Assembly: GCF_009914755.1 (NCBI RefSeq)
Contig: NC_060947.1
Strand: one strand, 5' to 3'
DNA length: 64,000 bases
Source: the human T2T-CHM13v2.0 reference genome, Homo sapiens
Shown here: piece by piece, positions 37,712-60,099 of the stretch
Numbering within the stretch: the first letter of the stretch is position 1
Layout: the number at the start of each line of letters is the position of its first letter
Program-made: the position numbers and the translations under genes
Notes under the pieces: generated by a model
Databases searched by the model: none
Told to the model about the DNA's origin: nothing
Seen by the model: the letters and a program-made list of their open reading frames with translations, nothing else

Positions 37712-38430
37712 CCACCAGAATGGCTAAAATTAAAGACACTGACCATACGGAGTGTTGGCAAGGATGTGAAACAAGTGAAACACTTATACATTACTAATAC
37801 AAATTTAAAATGGTGCCGTCACTTTGAAAACAGTTTTGCATATGACCCAGAAATTCCACTACCAGGTATATACCCAAAAGAAATGGAATGTATACCCAGA
37901 GAAAACGTGTACCCAAAATAATTGAAAACATATGTCCACACAGAAACTTGTACATAAATGTTCATAGCACAATTATTCATAACCACCACAAAGTAGAAAA
38001 AGCTGAAATCTCCATCAACTGATGAATGGGTACAAATATTTTGGTATATCCATACAATGAAATATTATTTGGCAGTAAGAATGAATGATTACCGATACAT
38101 GTCACAACATGGATGAGCCTTGAAAACGATATGCTAACTGAAAGAAGAAAGTCACAAGAGCTGCATATTGTTTGATGCCATTTATATGAATATCCAGAAT
38201 AGGGAAATCAAATTAATGATATTAAAAGTTATAGCACTTAACCTTTTGGTGAGAAATAAGGTTTAGAAGAAAAGGACAGAAGAAATTCTGGGGTGCTGTT
38301 AATGTTATCTTTCTTTATATGGGTGCTGATTACTATGGTTTCTCCAATTCGTGAAGATTTGATGAGATATACACTTAGGATCTGTGCACTTTTTTGTGTG
38401 AATGTCATTCTCCTAAAGAACTATACTAAA
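37712..38430 (+). mobile_element. L1MC/MB-type 3' fragment(s)
   Basis: ccaccagaatggctaaaattaaagacactgacc...tgttggcaaggatgtgaa...catatgacccagaaattccac...catggatgagccttgaaaac. Confidence 0.8.
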
Positions 38431-39794
38431 AAATCTAAAGAGGCTATTTATAATTCAGCTATTTTGATTTTCTGGGGGAATATTAACTCTGCACAATCAA
38501 ATACCTGCATCGTCTTGAATGCTATGTTTGAACACAAAACCAGAAAAGGAAAAGGCGCAGTGTAGCTTTGATGTGATTTTCTTCCCTTACTCCCTGGAAG
38601 GGCTTCAAACATTTTCAAGATCATAAATAGCAAGCATCCTGTGGCTGGCACTCTGGGTATCCAAAGTAAGAGGACAGATATTTTAAATATAAAAGACAAT
38701 GTTCCTATAAAGTGAATATCTTCTTCATGAAAGCTATTTTCAAGCAGATTTCTCCTTTCCATCTGTCTGTTCTGTCTGTTCTTCCTTTCTTCCTTCAATT
38801 CTTCCTTCCTTCTGCCCATCCATCAATCCATTTATTTAACAAATACTGACTCATAAACCTCCACAGTCACAATTTAGTCATATAAATGAGTAAAATGTCC
38901 TTTTTTAGACAGAGGACCAGGTCCAATTTTCTATATCAGTTGTTAGAATTGACCATTAACTCTATAATATTAAAATAGTATCTGTACACACTGATTCTCA
39001 ACATAATGTGTGAACATACTAAAGTAAGATGAAAAAATCTGTAAATCAATAATTGCATCAGAACTGTTTATTAGCACAAAGTTACACATCAACAAATGTA
39101 TTATAATAGTTGCAGGTTCCTGGAATGAAGAGAAAAAGTTCCAAATGAATACATAATTCAGCCATGCTCTTTCGTATATGCAGAGGAGATTTCAGATCAA
39201 ACCCCAGGACCCATGAACCCTACCACCTAACTTTACCACCTACGTATGGTGACAGGAGCCTGGGTAGCCATGAGGTCCTGATTTGATCTCTGCTAGCCTT
39301 CCCTTTTTCTCTCTTTTAAAGTTACATTGCATTCAAGGGGATTACTCAACCAAAAAGTTAACTCTTCAAAACTGCCTTCATCTTTTGTGTTCTGAGATTG
39401 AAAGAAAAGGGGGTGGAGAAAGAAAAAAGTCTTTTAGTATCACTTTCATTATTATTATGGCCCAAAGCATGAAAATTGTGCTGAATTTTGAGAAGTGACG
39501 TTCTAATCTTTAACAAAAACCAACCAAAAGCTAGGTGATTAGAATAACCACTAAGAACTTTTTCTTTCAAAAAGTTTTCAGTGATGCGTAAAAAAGAGAG
39601 AGAAAAAAAAACACAATTTAAGTTCCTCTGGTTCAGCTTGTAAACTCGTCCTTTTAATCTAGAAACCTTAGTCATTTGACCCCTCAACTCTCTTTGGCAG
39701 AGAGCCACCAGACAGTATACCTGAGTCACTGCCACAATAATAGATGGTCTTAACACCAGGCTTTTCTCCAATGATAAAGTGAAGAATGTTCTTA

Positions 39795-39825
<31 letters not shown>

Positions 39826-41574
39826 ATATTCTCTAAGTAAAAAAGGCCAGGAGGACCTCTCTGCTTCACTGCTTCAGGTTTGTCAGGCACGAGGAGACAG
39901 TACTGAACTTTTCCAACAATCTCCTCAGAGAACTTTCCTCGGTTTTGTGGGGCCCAATACACAAAAGCCCTGAGAGACCCTCTAGGCATGACCAATTTTC
40001 CTGTCCTTTTGCATAAATGTATGGAACATAATGTTTTCTAAATTCTTTTGCACACTCAACACTATTTTCCAGATTCATTTTTGTAGAAGTATATGGATGT
40101 GATTAGCTACTTTAAACTGCCATATAGCCTTCCATTTTAAAACATGCTGCTATTGATAGTATTAATCCATTCCCATATGTTGGACATTAATTTTATACTG
40201 TGGAAATGAACATTCTTGTTTATGTCTCCTGTATACACATGCCAGGATTTCTCCATGGAAAATATCTAGAAGTGGGAGTTGGGATTATAATAAGGTGTGC
40301 ATATCTTTGACTTTGCTAGGTGTTGCCACATGCTGTCCAAGGCAGGTGTATAAATTGATAGTCCCTCAAAAGTCCCAATTCCTTTCATCTTTGGGATATC
40401 ACCACTTGGTATTATTCTGCTTTTTAATATATACTAATTTGATGGTTGTGAATTATTTTGAATTTAATGTACATTTCCCTCATTACTAGTAAGCTTGGGG
40501 ACCTTGGATCATATGTTAATCTGTGGAGAATTAATTCCTTTATGACAATGAGCCTTCCAAATCACTAAAATGGCATATTTCTTCTATTATTTATATTTAT
40601 ATTATTGTTTATGTTCTTCAATAAAATCTCATAATATGTACTTACATATCTTGCATATCTTTTGTGAGGTATATTTCTAGATCTAATATGGGTTTTGCTG
40701 CTATAGTGAATGGGAGTTTTCCATCTTCAATTTAGCATTTTCTCTTGCAAATAAATTCTAATTCTAGTATATTTCTATAAATTAAATAACTAGCTAACGA
40801 TACAGATCTTATGCTCTTGAAAGCAGCAGACACCCTGAGCTCACCAAATATTAGTCAATTTTGTCATTCCATTTAACAAAGTAGGGCAATTCCTAATGTG
40901 TTCACAGACTGCTTTTTGGTTTGTTTGACATTGTTTCTTCAATATATATATTTCAGAAATGATATTTTTCCTATAAAAGCTTCTACTTTTCCTGCATATG
41001 ACTCCTCTCCATTGTGGTAATCATATATGCAAGTTTTTTCTTTTTATTCTTTAGAATATGTGTTGGTGCTTAATTTTCATTTAACGTATATACTTGTTCA
41101 AAGTAACTTTTTTCTCATTAGAAGGCTCTGGGTTTGGAGAACATATTATTTACACACAAAGACAGACACACACATGCACATGCAAACATACTTTTTCTGT
41201 TTTTTTTTCTATATAAAGTGCTTCTTCTTTTCACAATTTACTTTGTTTTGCATTTGTATTCCCTTCCAACTATTCTATATTTCTAGTCCTTCTGTCCCTA
41301 TTTTCCATTAAATTTTTCATTTTTTAAAATCTCTTCTTTATAGACAATGCAGCTTCTTCACCATTTTCCTCATTTTAGATATAGTTTCATATTCTTTAGT
41401 AATTCAGAACTTAATATATAAGAACTACCTTTCACAAACTTTGTATCACATTAATCTGCAGGTTCAAGATAACTGCTGTCCTCTACAATTGACTCTCCAA
41501 CAGGCTCTGCAGCTACCTAAATATTTATGTCTACAATCATCCATGATCTTTTTCTAAATCTTCACCAATATTCC

Positions 41575-43092
41575 TGGGTGGCTGTACTAATTTACATTCC
41601 CACTGCTATGGTTTCAATATGGTTTGCTCCTACCAAAACTCATGTTGAGGATTGATGCCCAATGTAACTGTGTTAAGGGGTAGTGGGAGCTTCAAAAGGC
41701 ATTTGGGTTATGAGGGATTCACCCTCATGAGGGGATTAATGCAGTCTCAAATGAGTGAGTGAGTTCTGACTCTTATGGCACTACATTAGTTACCCAGAGA
41801 GAATGCTGTTATAAAGCGAGGTCACTCCTCATGTTTTGTCTCTTTTGCACATGCCCACTCTCACATGCACTCCACCATGTGATGCCATCCACAATATTAT
41901 GATGTAGCATGAGGCTCTCATTAGATGCAGCCCACCTACCTTGGACTTTCCAGCCTCCAGAATTGCAATAAATAAACTTATTTTTTTTTAAAATAAATTA
42001 CTGAGTCTCAGGTATTCAGCCACAGAAACAGAAAATGAACTAAGATGCACAACCAACAGGGTACAAGGGTTCCCTTTTGCCCATATCCTTGCCAACTCTT
42101 ATTAACTTTTGTTTTTTTGATAATAGCCACAGTAAAGGGTATGAAGTGGTATCTTATTGTGGTTTTAAGGTGCATTTCCCTGTTGATTAGTCATGTTGAG
42201 TGTTTTTTTCATATACCTGTTGGCCGTTTGTATGTCTTCACTTGAGAAATGACTATTCAAGTCCCTTGCCCATTTTAAAATCAGGTTACTTGTCTTCTTG
42301 CTATTGCGTTCTCTGAGCTCCTTATATATTTTGAACATTTACACCTTAATAAATGTATAGTTTGAAAATATTTCCCCCATATATAGTTTGTCTCTTCACC
42401 CTATTGTTTCTTTTGCTGTGCAGAAGCTTTTTAGTTTTATGTAATTCCATTTGTCTAGTTTTTCTTTTGCTGTCTGTTCTTTTTTGGTCTTATCCAAAAA
42501 AATCATTTCCCAGGCCAATGTCACGGAGCTTTCCCCCATGTTTTCCTCTAGTAGTTTCGTGGTTTGGAGTATTACATTTAAATCTTTAATCCATTTTGAG
42601 TTGTTTTTGTATAGGTGTAAGCTACAGATCTTGTTTCATTTTTTTGCATGTGGATACCCAGTTTTCCCAACAACATTTATTAAAGACTGTCCCTTCCTCA
42701 TTGTGTGTTCTTGGCTCCTTTATCAAAAATGAATTGGTTGTAAATGCATGGATTTATTTCTAGGCTCTCTATTCTGTCCCACTAGTCTGTGTGTCAGGAC
42801 AATGCTATTTTGATTACTGTAACTTTATAGTATATTTTGAAGTAAGGTAGTGTGATACCTCCAGCTTCCTTCTTTTTGCTCAAAATTTCTTTGGCTATCT
42901 GGGGTCTTCTATGATTCCGCACAAATTTTAGGATTGTTATTTCTACTTCAGTGAAGAATGCCACTGGTACTCTGACAGGGATTGCAATGAATCTGTAAAT
43001 CATCTTAGGTAGCATGGACCTTTTAATATTAATTCTTCTAGTCCATGAACACTAGGTATCTTTCCATTTATTTTTACCTTTTTCAATTTCCT
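41575..43092 (-). mobile_element. L1MA ORF2 3' fragment, split by the MST LTR
   Basis: ORF 42794-43015 ([14 protein letters not shown]...[14 protein letters not shown]) is L1 ORF2p; ggctgtactaatttacattcccac resumes as aaccaacagggtacaagggttccc after the LTR. Confidence 0.88.
41604..42047 (+). mobile_element. MSTC/MSTB2-like solo LTR inserted in an antisense L1MA
   Basis: tgctatggtttcaatatggtttgctcctaccaaaactcatgttga...ttccagcctccagaa...aataaa...gtctcaggtattc...aactaaga. Confidence 0.85.
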
Positions 43093-43539
43093 CAATGGGA
43101 CTGGTTTTTAAAGGGAAAGTAACTAGATGGACTTCTTGCTTGAATACACTAAGAGGGGGGCACACAATCCCTAGTGGGGGATCCTTTACTTAGGTAGATA
43201 GGAATAAGTTGAATTTTGCTTAAGCCGGTACCAGAAAAATCAGCATTTTCACTTTGATATTCAATTTCCATAGCAGTAGCCAAATCAAAGCCACTAAATA
43301 CTTGAAAGAGGAACTATGACTGAGGGATATTCTCTAAGTTCTTCTCAACTACCTTGTTCACCTTAATTTGTATTTTTTGCTTTAAATTGGTTAACTGCTA
43401 TTTAGAGGGTCTGGAAAAAATAAGAGAAAACCTCATAGCTCAAGCATATTGTGGCAGGGAAGAAGGAGGTAACAAATCTTGCAGAAACAACTTAAAACCT
43501 GAAAGAAAGTCAGAAGTAAGATGAGAGACAGCAGTGCAT

Positions 43540-44628
43540 GATTATGGATGCCATATCTGTTGTCAGAAAATGTTTTTATAACATTTTCTTCTTGTTTCTT
43601 GCTATTATAGAGGAGGACTATGGATTTTTACATATTGATCCCATACCCAGAAGACTGGTTGAACTCTATGTTAGTCTGTCTACATGCTCTCTTACATTAT
43701 CTGTGTAGAAAACATACCATCTGTGAAAACTAACAATATATTTTTGACCTTACATTTTTCTTTGCCTTATAATTAGTTAGGACGGCAATTATAATGCCCA
43801 ATAAAAATAGTGGTGAGAGGTTTTCTTATCAGTCTTCTTCCTGACTTGAAAGGGACATCTAGTATTTCAAGTTCAAGTATAATGTTGGCTATAGGATTTT
43901 GCTAGATAACCTTTATCAGGTGAAGGATCTATTTCCAGTTTGTCAGGTGGCTTAATGTTTATTTTTCGAAATTTATAGAGTGTTTTATGTACCTACTGAG
44001 TTGACAATAAGGTTTTGTTTTCTCCTATAATCTAGTTTATAGTTGTGGATTTCACACTATATTGCATCTTTATCAAATAATCTGGTCTATAGAATACTGG
44101 CTTTTGGTACTACAGATTTTCTTCAGGATGCAGTAAAAGGTAAATTTTTGAACATGTTCCCTATTTGTTAGAAAAGAATTTGTATTACCTTATTGTTGGG
44201 TGCAGGGCTGTATACAGGTCCATTGGATCAGATTTAACCATTTTGTTATTCAAATCTTCCATACCCTCAATACTTGTTTGCTTGATCTATCAGTTTATAC
44301 GAGTACAGTATGTTAAAATTCCCCAGTATGACTGTGTACTCATCAACTTCTCCTTATAATTCTGTCAATTTCTGCTGCATATATTTTGAAGGTATGTTAT
44401 TAGATGAACCAGGTTCAGGATGGTTATTTTGTGTATGAAATTATTCATTGTATCATTAAGTAATGTCCTTCTTTATTTTTAATGATGCTTTGGTCATTAA
44501 TATATATTTTGTCAACTATTGCCTAAACCAAAATTTTTAAGTTAATATTTGTCTGGTGTTTATTTTTTCATCTATTTACTTTCAACATTTCTCTGTCATT
44601 ATGTTTTAGTAATGTCCAGTTTAATAAG
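43540..44628 (-). mobile_element. Ancient L1M (host element), continuing at ~51527-52100 and ~52880-53450
   Basis: Antisense ORF2 phrases (gataacctttatcagg, gttattcaaatcttccatacc, tctgtcaatttctgctgcatatattttgaagg). Removing the inserts rejoins ...gagttcttt-at-aaaatccaacactgagaatctttatctttaa. Confidence 0.7.
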
Positions 44629-44646
44629 CATAGAGCAGAGTTCTTT

Positions 44647-44906
<260 letters not shown>

Positions 44907-44939
44907 ATAGAGCAGAGTTCTTTATAAAATACAACACTG

Positions 44940-51512
<6,573 letters not shown>

Positions 51513-52106
51513 AAAATCCAACACTGAGAATCTTTATCTTTAAACCAAGTAATTTATCTATACTTATTATAATTCCTGATTATTCCTATGACCTAATTTT
51601 GAGTTTTGTATTTACCGTGTTGTCTCTACTTCTCTGTCTACCATTTTATTGACAATTTTCATTTTTTCGTTTATGCCTTCTATTGGTTTGGAAGTTTTAT
51701 GTTTTATTACCATCCTTTTAGTGGTACACACAAGTTTTTTACATAATACTTAACTTTGAAAAGCATGAAGTTGACCAATATCTTCATCTTCCTCTTACAA
51801 AACGCAAAGATTCAGAATGTTTTAAATCTTATTACCTCTCTTCATCTTCCATGTTACTGTTGTCCAAGAGTTTTATTCCTTCTTATTTCAACCTTCTTAA
51901 AGTAATGATTATTGTTGTTTATGCAGCCCATGCTTATTAAGATTTATGTACTTTATCAATAACACTGGTCCCCATTGCTTCTTACAACTCACACTTTCTT
52001 TGTTTTAATAAATTTCCATTACAGTCCACCCTATAATAGTACTTTTTATTAAGGACCTGTTATTCATAGAATTTCTCCAGCTTTTTCATCTCAAAATGCC
52101 TTTATT

Positions 52107-52875
<769 letters not shown>

Positions 52876-53609
52876 GTGACTTTAACTGGATATAAAGTTC
52901 TACGTTAATAACTATTTTTTCTCACCTATTGGAAGATAATTTTATTGTTGCTGATATCAGGTCCACTGTCTTCTAACTTACAATCTTCTAATAGGTCATC
53001 TCTTTTCTCTCTGACTTTTAAGATTTTCTTTTTCAGGGCTTTGCAGTTTCACTACAATATGTCTAGGTTTATTTGTTTTTGTTACTCTGCTTAGGATTTA
53101 ATGGGCTCCTTTGAACTGAGTATCCAAGTCTTTCTTCAATTCTAGAAAATTTGGAGCTGTTATCTATTTGAATATTGACTTTCAAGATTTTCTTGATTCT
53201 TTCCTTCTGGAACATTTCTTAGATTTATACTGGGCCTCCTCATTCTACTTCCATGTCCTTGAACCTCTTTTGTATCTTTTTATGTTTCTGTGTTGCATTT
53301 TGCGTGATTTCTTCAAATATTATTTTGACCTTCCCTTTTAAAATTTCAATCATCATTTTTTTCTAGAAGTTATATTTATTTCTTTTCAAATCTACCTGTC
53401 ATCGTATACTTTCTCTCATTAGCATTTCTAATCCTTCCTTTATCTAGTTAATCGTCTCAACGTTTCATTGTATTGTTTTATTTTTTCTAGTTTGGAGCTG
53501 TTTTTCCCCCCCCCCTTTTCTGTGTCTCACATTGCTCCCTCCATTTCCCCATGGGGTTTGTAATTTGAGTTTTCTATACTTTTCTCTACAAAACTCACGA
53601 ACACTTGGC

Positions 53610-53835
53610 TTAGGCTTCCCAGTACAGTGCAAAGAGCATATCTTTTGAAATCAGATAGAGCAGGGAATGACTTTGGACAAGTCGCTTAAGCTTCACAACT
53701 AAGGAAACCCCAGTTTTCTCAGTTGTGAGTAAGGGATAATAATAAAAATAATAATATCATAAGAGCTGTTATGAAGCCCAAAGGATAAAATGAGGTTAAA
53801 GTAGGTGGTGTACAGAAGATTTTAATAAACATTAG
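53610..53835 (+). mobile_element. MIR SINE
   Basis: tgactttggacaagtcgcttaa...cccagttttctcagttgtgagtaagggataataata. Confidence 0.65.
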
Positions 53836-54869
53836 CCTTTGAATCACCCCTATTTCACTCACTCTTTTCCCTTTCTTAAGGTGTTAAGGTAATTATATCT
53901 CTCTTTCTTGTGTTACAGATCCCTGGTTTCTAACTTTAGCCTTCCTATTAGACAAAAGGATTCTTGCTTAGTCAAGTGGGATAAGGAAGTGATTGGACAG
54001 CCCCATGACTACCTTCTTTGAAGATATCTAGCCCAAGCCCTTGCCCAGAGAACATGTACCACAACACGTATCAATCAAATGGAACTGAACCATTTGAAAG
54101 ACATAGGCATCTAATTTCAGTGTTTTTCTCCTCTCCACTGGGAATGTTATTTGGATACCCAGAATAGAAATCTTCACTCACAGAGCTACTAGTTTCCTAT
54201 CACAATTGGACACCGTGCAAAATTATTACAGGGTTTAGTGTGATGAGCTGGCAAGAAATGTTTGCCAAGTTTCAAAGTTGTATGGAAAGATGTTATAGCC
54301 CTGAAAGGCACTTTCTTTTTAATTCTGTTTGGAAGTGTTTGTAACTCTCAGAACAAAATGTAGTCCTTGGGCTGTCTTTTCTCAGATAGCTGGCGCTAAA
54401 TTTCTCTTTCCTGTTACCAGTTTCCTAAATAAGTGTATCTGTATTTAATTACTGCTGAATGCTGGGGAGTCTTCTATTGGTCCTTTTGTTCAGTACTTTA
54501 GGATGAGAGGAATAACATGTGTGGTGGCATGTCAGTGTTCTTTTATTCATTTGAAAGCCAATTTTTATTACAAAAATGTATAACTCATCCAGACCAGCAG
54601 CCTAAAGGAAGTAATTTAATACAATTCTGAATAAATTCTAAAGACTCCAAGCTAGTTCTATGTTTCATTCATAAATCAAGTGTGGACATAAAACTTTTTT
54701 TTGAATAGTTAACACGTATAAGGGAGGTTATGCGCAGCAGATAATCTGAGAGGCAAAACCCAGTGTATTCATTAGATATGTTAGGCCAAACCTGAAAGAA
54801 AATAAGCTTAATTAGGCTCAGAGAGGTGAAGCTACTTGTTCAAGGTCACACAATCCATTCATTTTTCTC

Positions 54870-55440
54870 CTTGATTCTACCTTAGTCCAAGAAACCATCA
54901 TACCTTGTCCAGACTGCTGCTAACAGCTGCCTAAATAGTCACCATGCCTTCAGTGTGGTGTCTACTTTAATCCATTGTCCACCTTACACTTCCAGAAACA
55001 TCTATTTAAAACACCATCTTCCATAAAACCTGCCAATGGCTTCCCATTGTCCTTACACTAATGTTCAAGTGCTTTACCATGGACAGGTAGACCTGGAAGT
55101 CTCCGCCCCCTTCTCAACTCCTCAGCCTCAGCTTTCTCCACTTTTATGTGCTGTGCTCCAGACATGCTGGCTTTCATGCAGTGCATTAGAACATACTGTA
55201 TTCTCTTGTTATGCCTTAGGAATCTTAAGCCTGCTCTTCCTTCCTTCAGGAATTTTCCCTTCACATACCCTTGTCTAAATAACTCTTCATTTTTCATATT
55301 CCTTGTTTATACCTCAACTCGAGTTTCACTGTCTCAGAATGTGAAGCTCCATCAGTGAAGTTCGCTGATGCCCCAGACTAGATCAGGTCTCTCGTGACAT
55401 GTACTTTTTCCTCATAGCACCTACCATGTTTGTAATATAG
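54870..55440 (+). mobile_element. L2 3' fragment
   Basis: cttagtccaagaaaccatcataccttgtccagactgctgc...ccaatggcttcccattg. Confidence 0.75.
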
Positions 55441-56206
55441 TAAGTTCAATAGCTATTTGGTGAACATATGAATAACTTGATTAACAACTCACTTCCTGAC
55501 TAGGTATTAAGCTACAAAATGATCGTTAGTTAAGTAGTAGTCCAGGATTTGAACCCAGGGATTCATCCCCGCCCTATTCTCTCCCATTACCCAGACTCTA
55601 TCTTCCCATTCTGCTTTTCTCCACTCCTCTGTTCCTTTGTCCCCAACTTGTCTGGCCAGTGGTCTCCTCACAACAGGCACTACCCGATCCCACTGGTGGC
55701 TCAGTGGGGACTATTCTCAGTTTCATCTAAACACACATTGGCAACTGATCTTTGTCCAGGGAGAGCTTTCCTCATACACAGAAGAGGCAATTACCTGCTA
55801 ATGCTTAAAATGTCACCATCAGGATATTGTTCCATCCAATAAGAATGGCTGTCTCCATATATCCCTCTCAAAATCCTTATAAGCCTATTGTGGGAAAGGT
55901 AACACTTGCCTTGTCCACACCTCAGAGTCAACATTTTTATGAGTCCATTCTCTTCACCTGGCTCAGAGTGGGCTTAGGCACAGATGAAAGAAGGAACTGA
56001 AATAAAAAGAAATGGAGGAGAAAAAGAAGGCTCTCAACTTGTCCACAGGCTAAACCTGCCTCTCTTTTCCCGTCTATTTTCCCATTTGCCATTAGTGCAG
56101 AATGGGTATTTTAATTTTTAAACCTGTATATTATCTGTACATTAATTTGTCCATACCAAACCAATAGCAAATTGTGTGTATGTGTGTCTGTGTATGTGTA
56201 TTTCTT

Positions 56207-56395
<189 letters not shown>

Positions 56396-58164
56396 TAAAG
56401 TACCTTCATTTATATAGCTTGAATCTATAACAATCATTCAACTCACCCACATGTAAAACTGCTCTCTGATGATTATACTGGTTCCCTTTTCTGGCCATTT
56501 AGAGCCTCCATGCATGACGATAGCCTTCCCCACATTTAAAGTTCCCCATTAGCAAGAACATCATATAAATGGTTTCTCTGATCACCTAACACTGAAGTAC
56601 TCTGTAGGCCATTAGTGCATTCTGGTTTAAAAAAACTCAAAAAGTGTAAAATGGGAATTTGTGATTTGAATGTGCTCTAATTATCACATGGTCAAATAAA
56701 ATCCATGCAATCACTGGAGTAAATACACTGGTATGGAAGTGCAATTTGCACTTATTTGGATACTTACTTACTTTCAAGAGTATCTGGTTTTCGCATTCAC
56801 CAGATCTAAAAAGGTAAAAAAAACAAACACACACACACACAAAACAGGGAACCATAGCACCTTCTGCATGTATAGAGATTAATTTGCTTTAAAGCAATCA
56901 ACATTAGTGGGTGGTGTCTTTTTAATTTTAATGAGCTGATATTTTCTCTTCTGTCATTTCATTGACCAGTGAAATAAGAATACTAAATAGAAATCTGAAA
57001 AAATGCAACGCTATACTACCATAATGTTTCTGAGTTATAATAATGCACACAACTAAACACTGGAAAACTGAAAAAAAAATCGCTCAACTGAGGCTGGAAT
57101 CTGGCTATCACCTTGACGTTGGGAAAGAAGGAAAGTTTCATTTTTTCTCAGTGCCTTACCTTATGATTCTCTGATCTTTTGGTAGCTCTATTAGGGAACC
57201 CAATATCTTGAGGGCCATTTGGCCCATGCACAAATTATGTATCTGAGGTTTGCCCAGAAGTATAAGAGGAGGTATTTCAGTCTATCTCCCACTACACTAC
57301 GGTCCAGGGAGAAACCAGCACCTAGTACAGGTGTGTTTATTTGATGACAAAGAAAAGAAAGAATGTTCTCTTCAGATTTGAAGAGGTGGGTTTTGGGGAA
57401 CCGCAGGGCTGTTTGTCCTGTATCACTGCACCTGCACTGTTTTGGGGATCAATTCAGTGTTCTGCAAAAGAATGGGACAGTGTGATGCTGAATGGCACTT
57501 AGGGCACAGCTTCCGTTCAAGTGCATTGATTCAGTATTGATGTCACTGCTTTCTAGTAAACTCCACTTGCCATCAGACCCCTTGGTAGCATTCAATAAAT
57601 GCCAGTTAAGCTTTAATAAAATGTATCGCTATTTGAAAAGCCAATGGAAGATAACTAAAATAAAGATTACCAGTGAAGTGTTTGTTATTGATTAGTTTCT
57701 AAGACAATTCTGTTTGGAGAAGCTTAGGTTTGTTTGAAATAAAATTCGCCTTTGAATGTCACAGGGAATTTTTGTTATACTCTATTTGCAATACTGTGCC
57801 ACTTTATTACAGAGTAGAATGTGGTATTAGGCAATTTCATTCTTAGGGTTAGGGACAATGATTCATGATCTCTGGGTCCTCAGCACCTAGCACGGTGCCA
57901 GGCACAGCATAAATATCCAGTAGCTACACACATACATATATACTTTTATGAGGTGGCACCATAGCATAAAATTGGAACCAGCCCCTGAACACAGACTTGA
58001 AACAAGTGCTTCATATACTTAGCTTTTAAGAATCTTTTAAGTGTAGTGATTCTCAGTGGGGATTGACCTGCAGATAATGTGTAAACTTAAAATGCAGAAG
58101 CCTGATTGCCACATAAGAGTGAATCATAGGAAGCACTCAAATACTAAGTATATTTTTTAGTGAT

Positions 58165-58360
58165 TACTAGTCACTTTGCATTTTCTCATTCACTCCTCCC
58201 ATAACCTAATGAAAGCAGGGCTATCGTGTTACCCATTTGAAAAATGAAAAAAAAGTGATGAGGCTAGGAGAAAATAAATGATTGCCCAAGGGCACACGAC
58301 TAGCAAGTGATGGAATCAGGAGTCAGACCAAAGTCCATTTGTCCTCCACTTTTCTACTGT
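58165..58360 (-). mobile_element. MIR SINE
   Basis: cccatttgaaaaatga...tgaggctaggagaaaataaatgattgcccaagggcacacgactagcaagtg. Confidence 0.8.
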
Positions 58361-60099
58361 CTTACACCTACTTGAGCTATTCAAGCAACATCTCCAGAGC
58401 CAGAGCTTAAGCTTGTGGTGGATTTTTGTTTGTTTGTTTGTTTAGTTTCCACAGTGATTCTGATTCATATGCCTACTTGAGTCAGAAATTCGGAATGATT
58501 TAAATGAGAGAGAGAGAAAGTGATGGGGAGGGAAGAAGGAAGCAAACTGCTCAGGCCATTAGCACAGTTCTCCAAATCTGAGTAAAGCTATGTGAAATAA
58601 CCCATCCATGTGAATCAAGCAGAAGATACTGGGCCCTCACTTCGCTGCAAATCAAGCATGCTAACACTTCTGTTGCCAGCGGCTTGCCCTAAACAATCTG
58701 TCACCTCATAGCAGAGATGGTCCAGCCATTTATGGTACCATTGCACAGTGCTCACTAAGCCTGATAGATGGGAGTACAAGGACAATGACATGATCTACAT
58801 GCTGTACTAACTTAATACAAAAGGGTAGATGCTATTTTCAGTTAACATTGCTGATTTTCCCCCACTGAATTTGTTAAGACTTTGAAAAATATTCTAAACT
58901 TCAGTGCTATTGCACAATCAAGAAGCAACTACTGTCCCAGTTCCATAACAAATGCAGATCAAATACATTTGAATTGGAAAAGTAAATTTAATTTGCAGGT
59001 TTCTGTCTACATCCTCTGCTTCTATTTTCTTTGATAAGATTAGTGAACAAAGTTCAGAGGACTTTTTCAGTTCAAACGTTCTCTCATAATGGCAAATCAA
59101 TCTGCTCAGGCAAACAGAACATCAAAACGCTAACAATAAGGAACTATCATTGGAAGCTGATCTGATTTACACATAAATATACCCGCTAACGTTTAAATGA
59201 AACTTTACAGAGGAACAAAATTGGTGAAAGAATCTTTTTAGTCTTTTAAAGCAGCTACTACAATAATAACTGCAGAAGTATGCACAAATCGTGCCAACTC
59301 TAATCAATCTTGTGTATTTCTTCTGCACTGCTACAAAATACATTTCATAGAAGAGTAAAGCAAGTTCACAGCAGGCAAAATGTAGTAGCTGAATTCAAGC
59401 ATAGCTAATTTGCTGCTTAGGACAGATGTGATCTACAGAATTCACCAATCCATCCTCATCAGCTCTGACATGGAGCACCGATTCGCAGCGTGTGTTGCTT
59501 CTGTGGATTTTATGTTGATGAAATAGGCCTCCTGGATCTAGATGGATATAGGAGATGATGACAGCATGTGAGCAGAAAGCATACCCTATTTTACAGGCTG
59601 GCATTAAGTATGATAAGAAGGCAATTTGTCACGCCAAGCCTGATGAAGTGGGAGCCAGGAGCAGGTCTCAGACAAAGGTGAGAGCTTATAGAGAGGGCAG
59701 GGGCAAGAGACGGGATCACAATATGGAGAACAAGACAGTTGCCTAATATCCATGGATCAAGAAAAAACAGAAGATAAAACTAGGTCTGAGAGATGAAGGA
59801 AGAAGAGGAATGGCCCCAAAGGCTTTGTCTTCAGAATATATATTATGAGCCCAGAACACAAGTCTCTGGAACAGCTTTGCAGGACAAACACCATCCTCCC
59901 TCTAGCTTCTTTCAGAATCCCTATATGAGCACAAAAATGATGAAGAATTTGGGGCTGAACTTCACCCACACCTTTGCCCCAACTAGCAACTAACACAATC
60001 ACTTAGCAAAGAGACTGGACATTGGGACAGTTCTACTGAAGGGATAGGGAGATGGACAAGTGTACCAACTTTAACATGTAAAGTCTTTGGCACTGAAAG

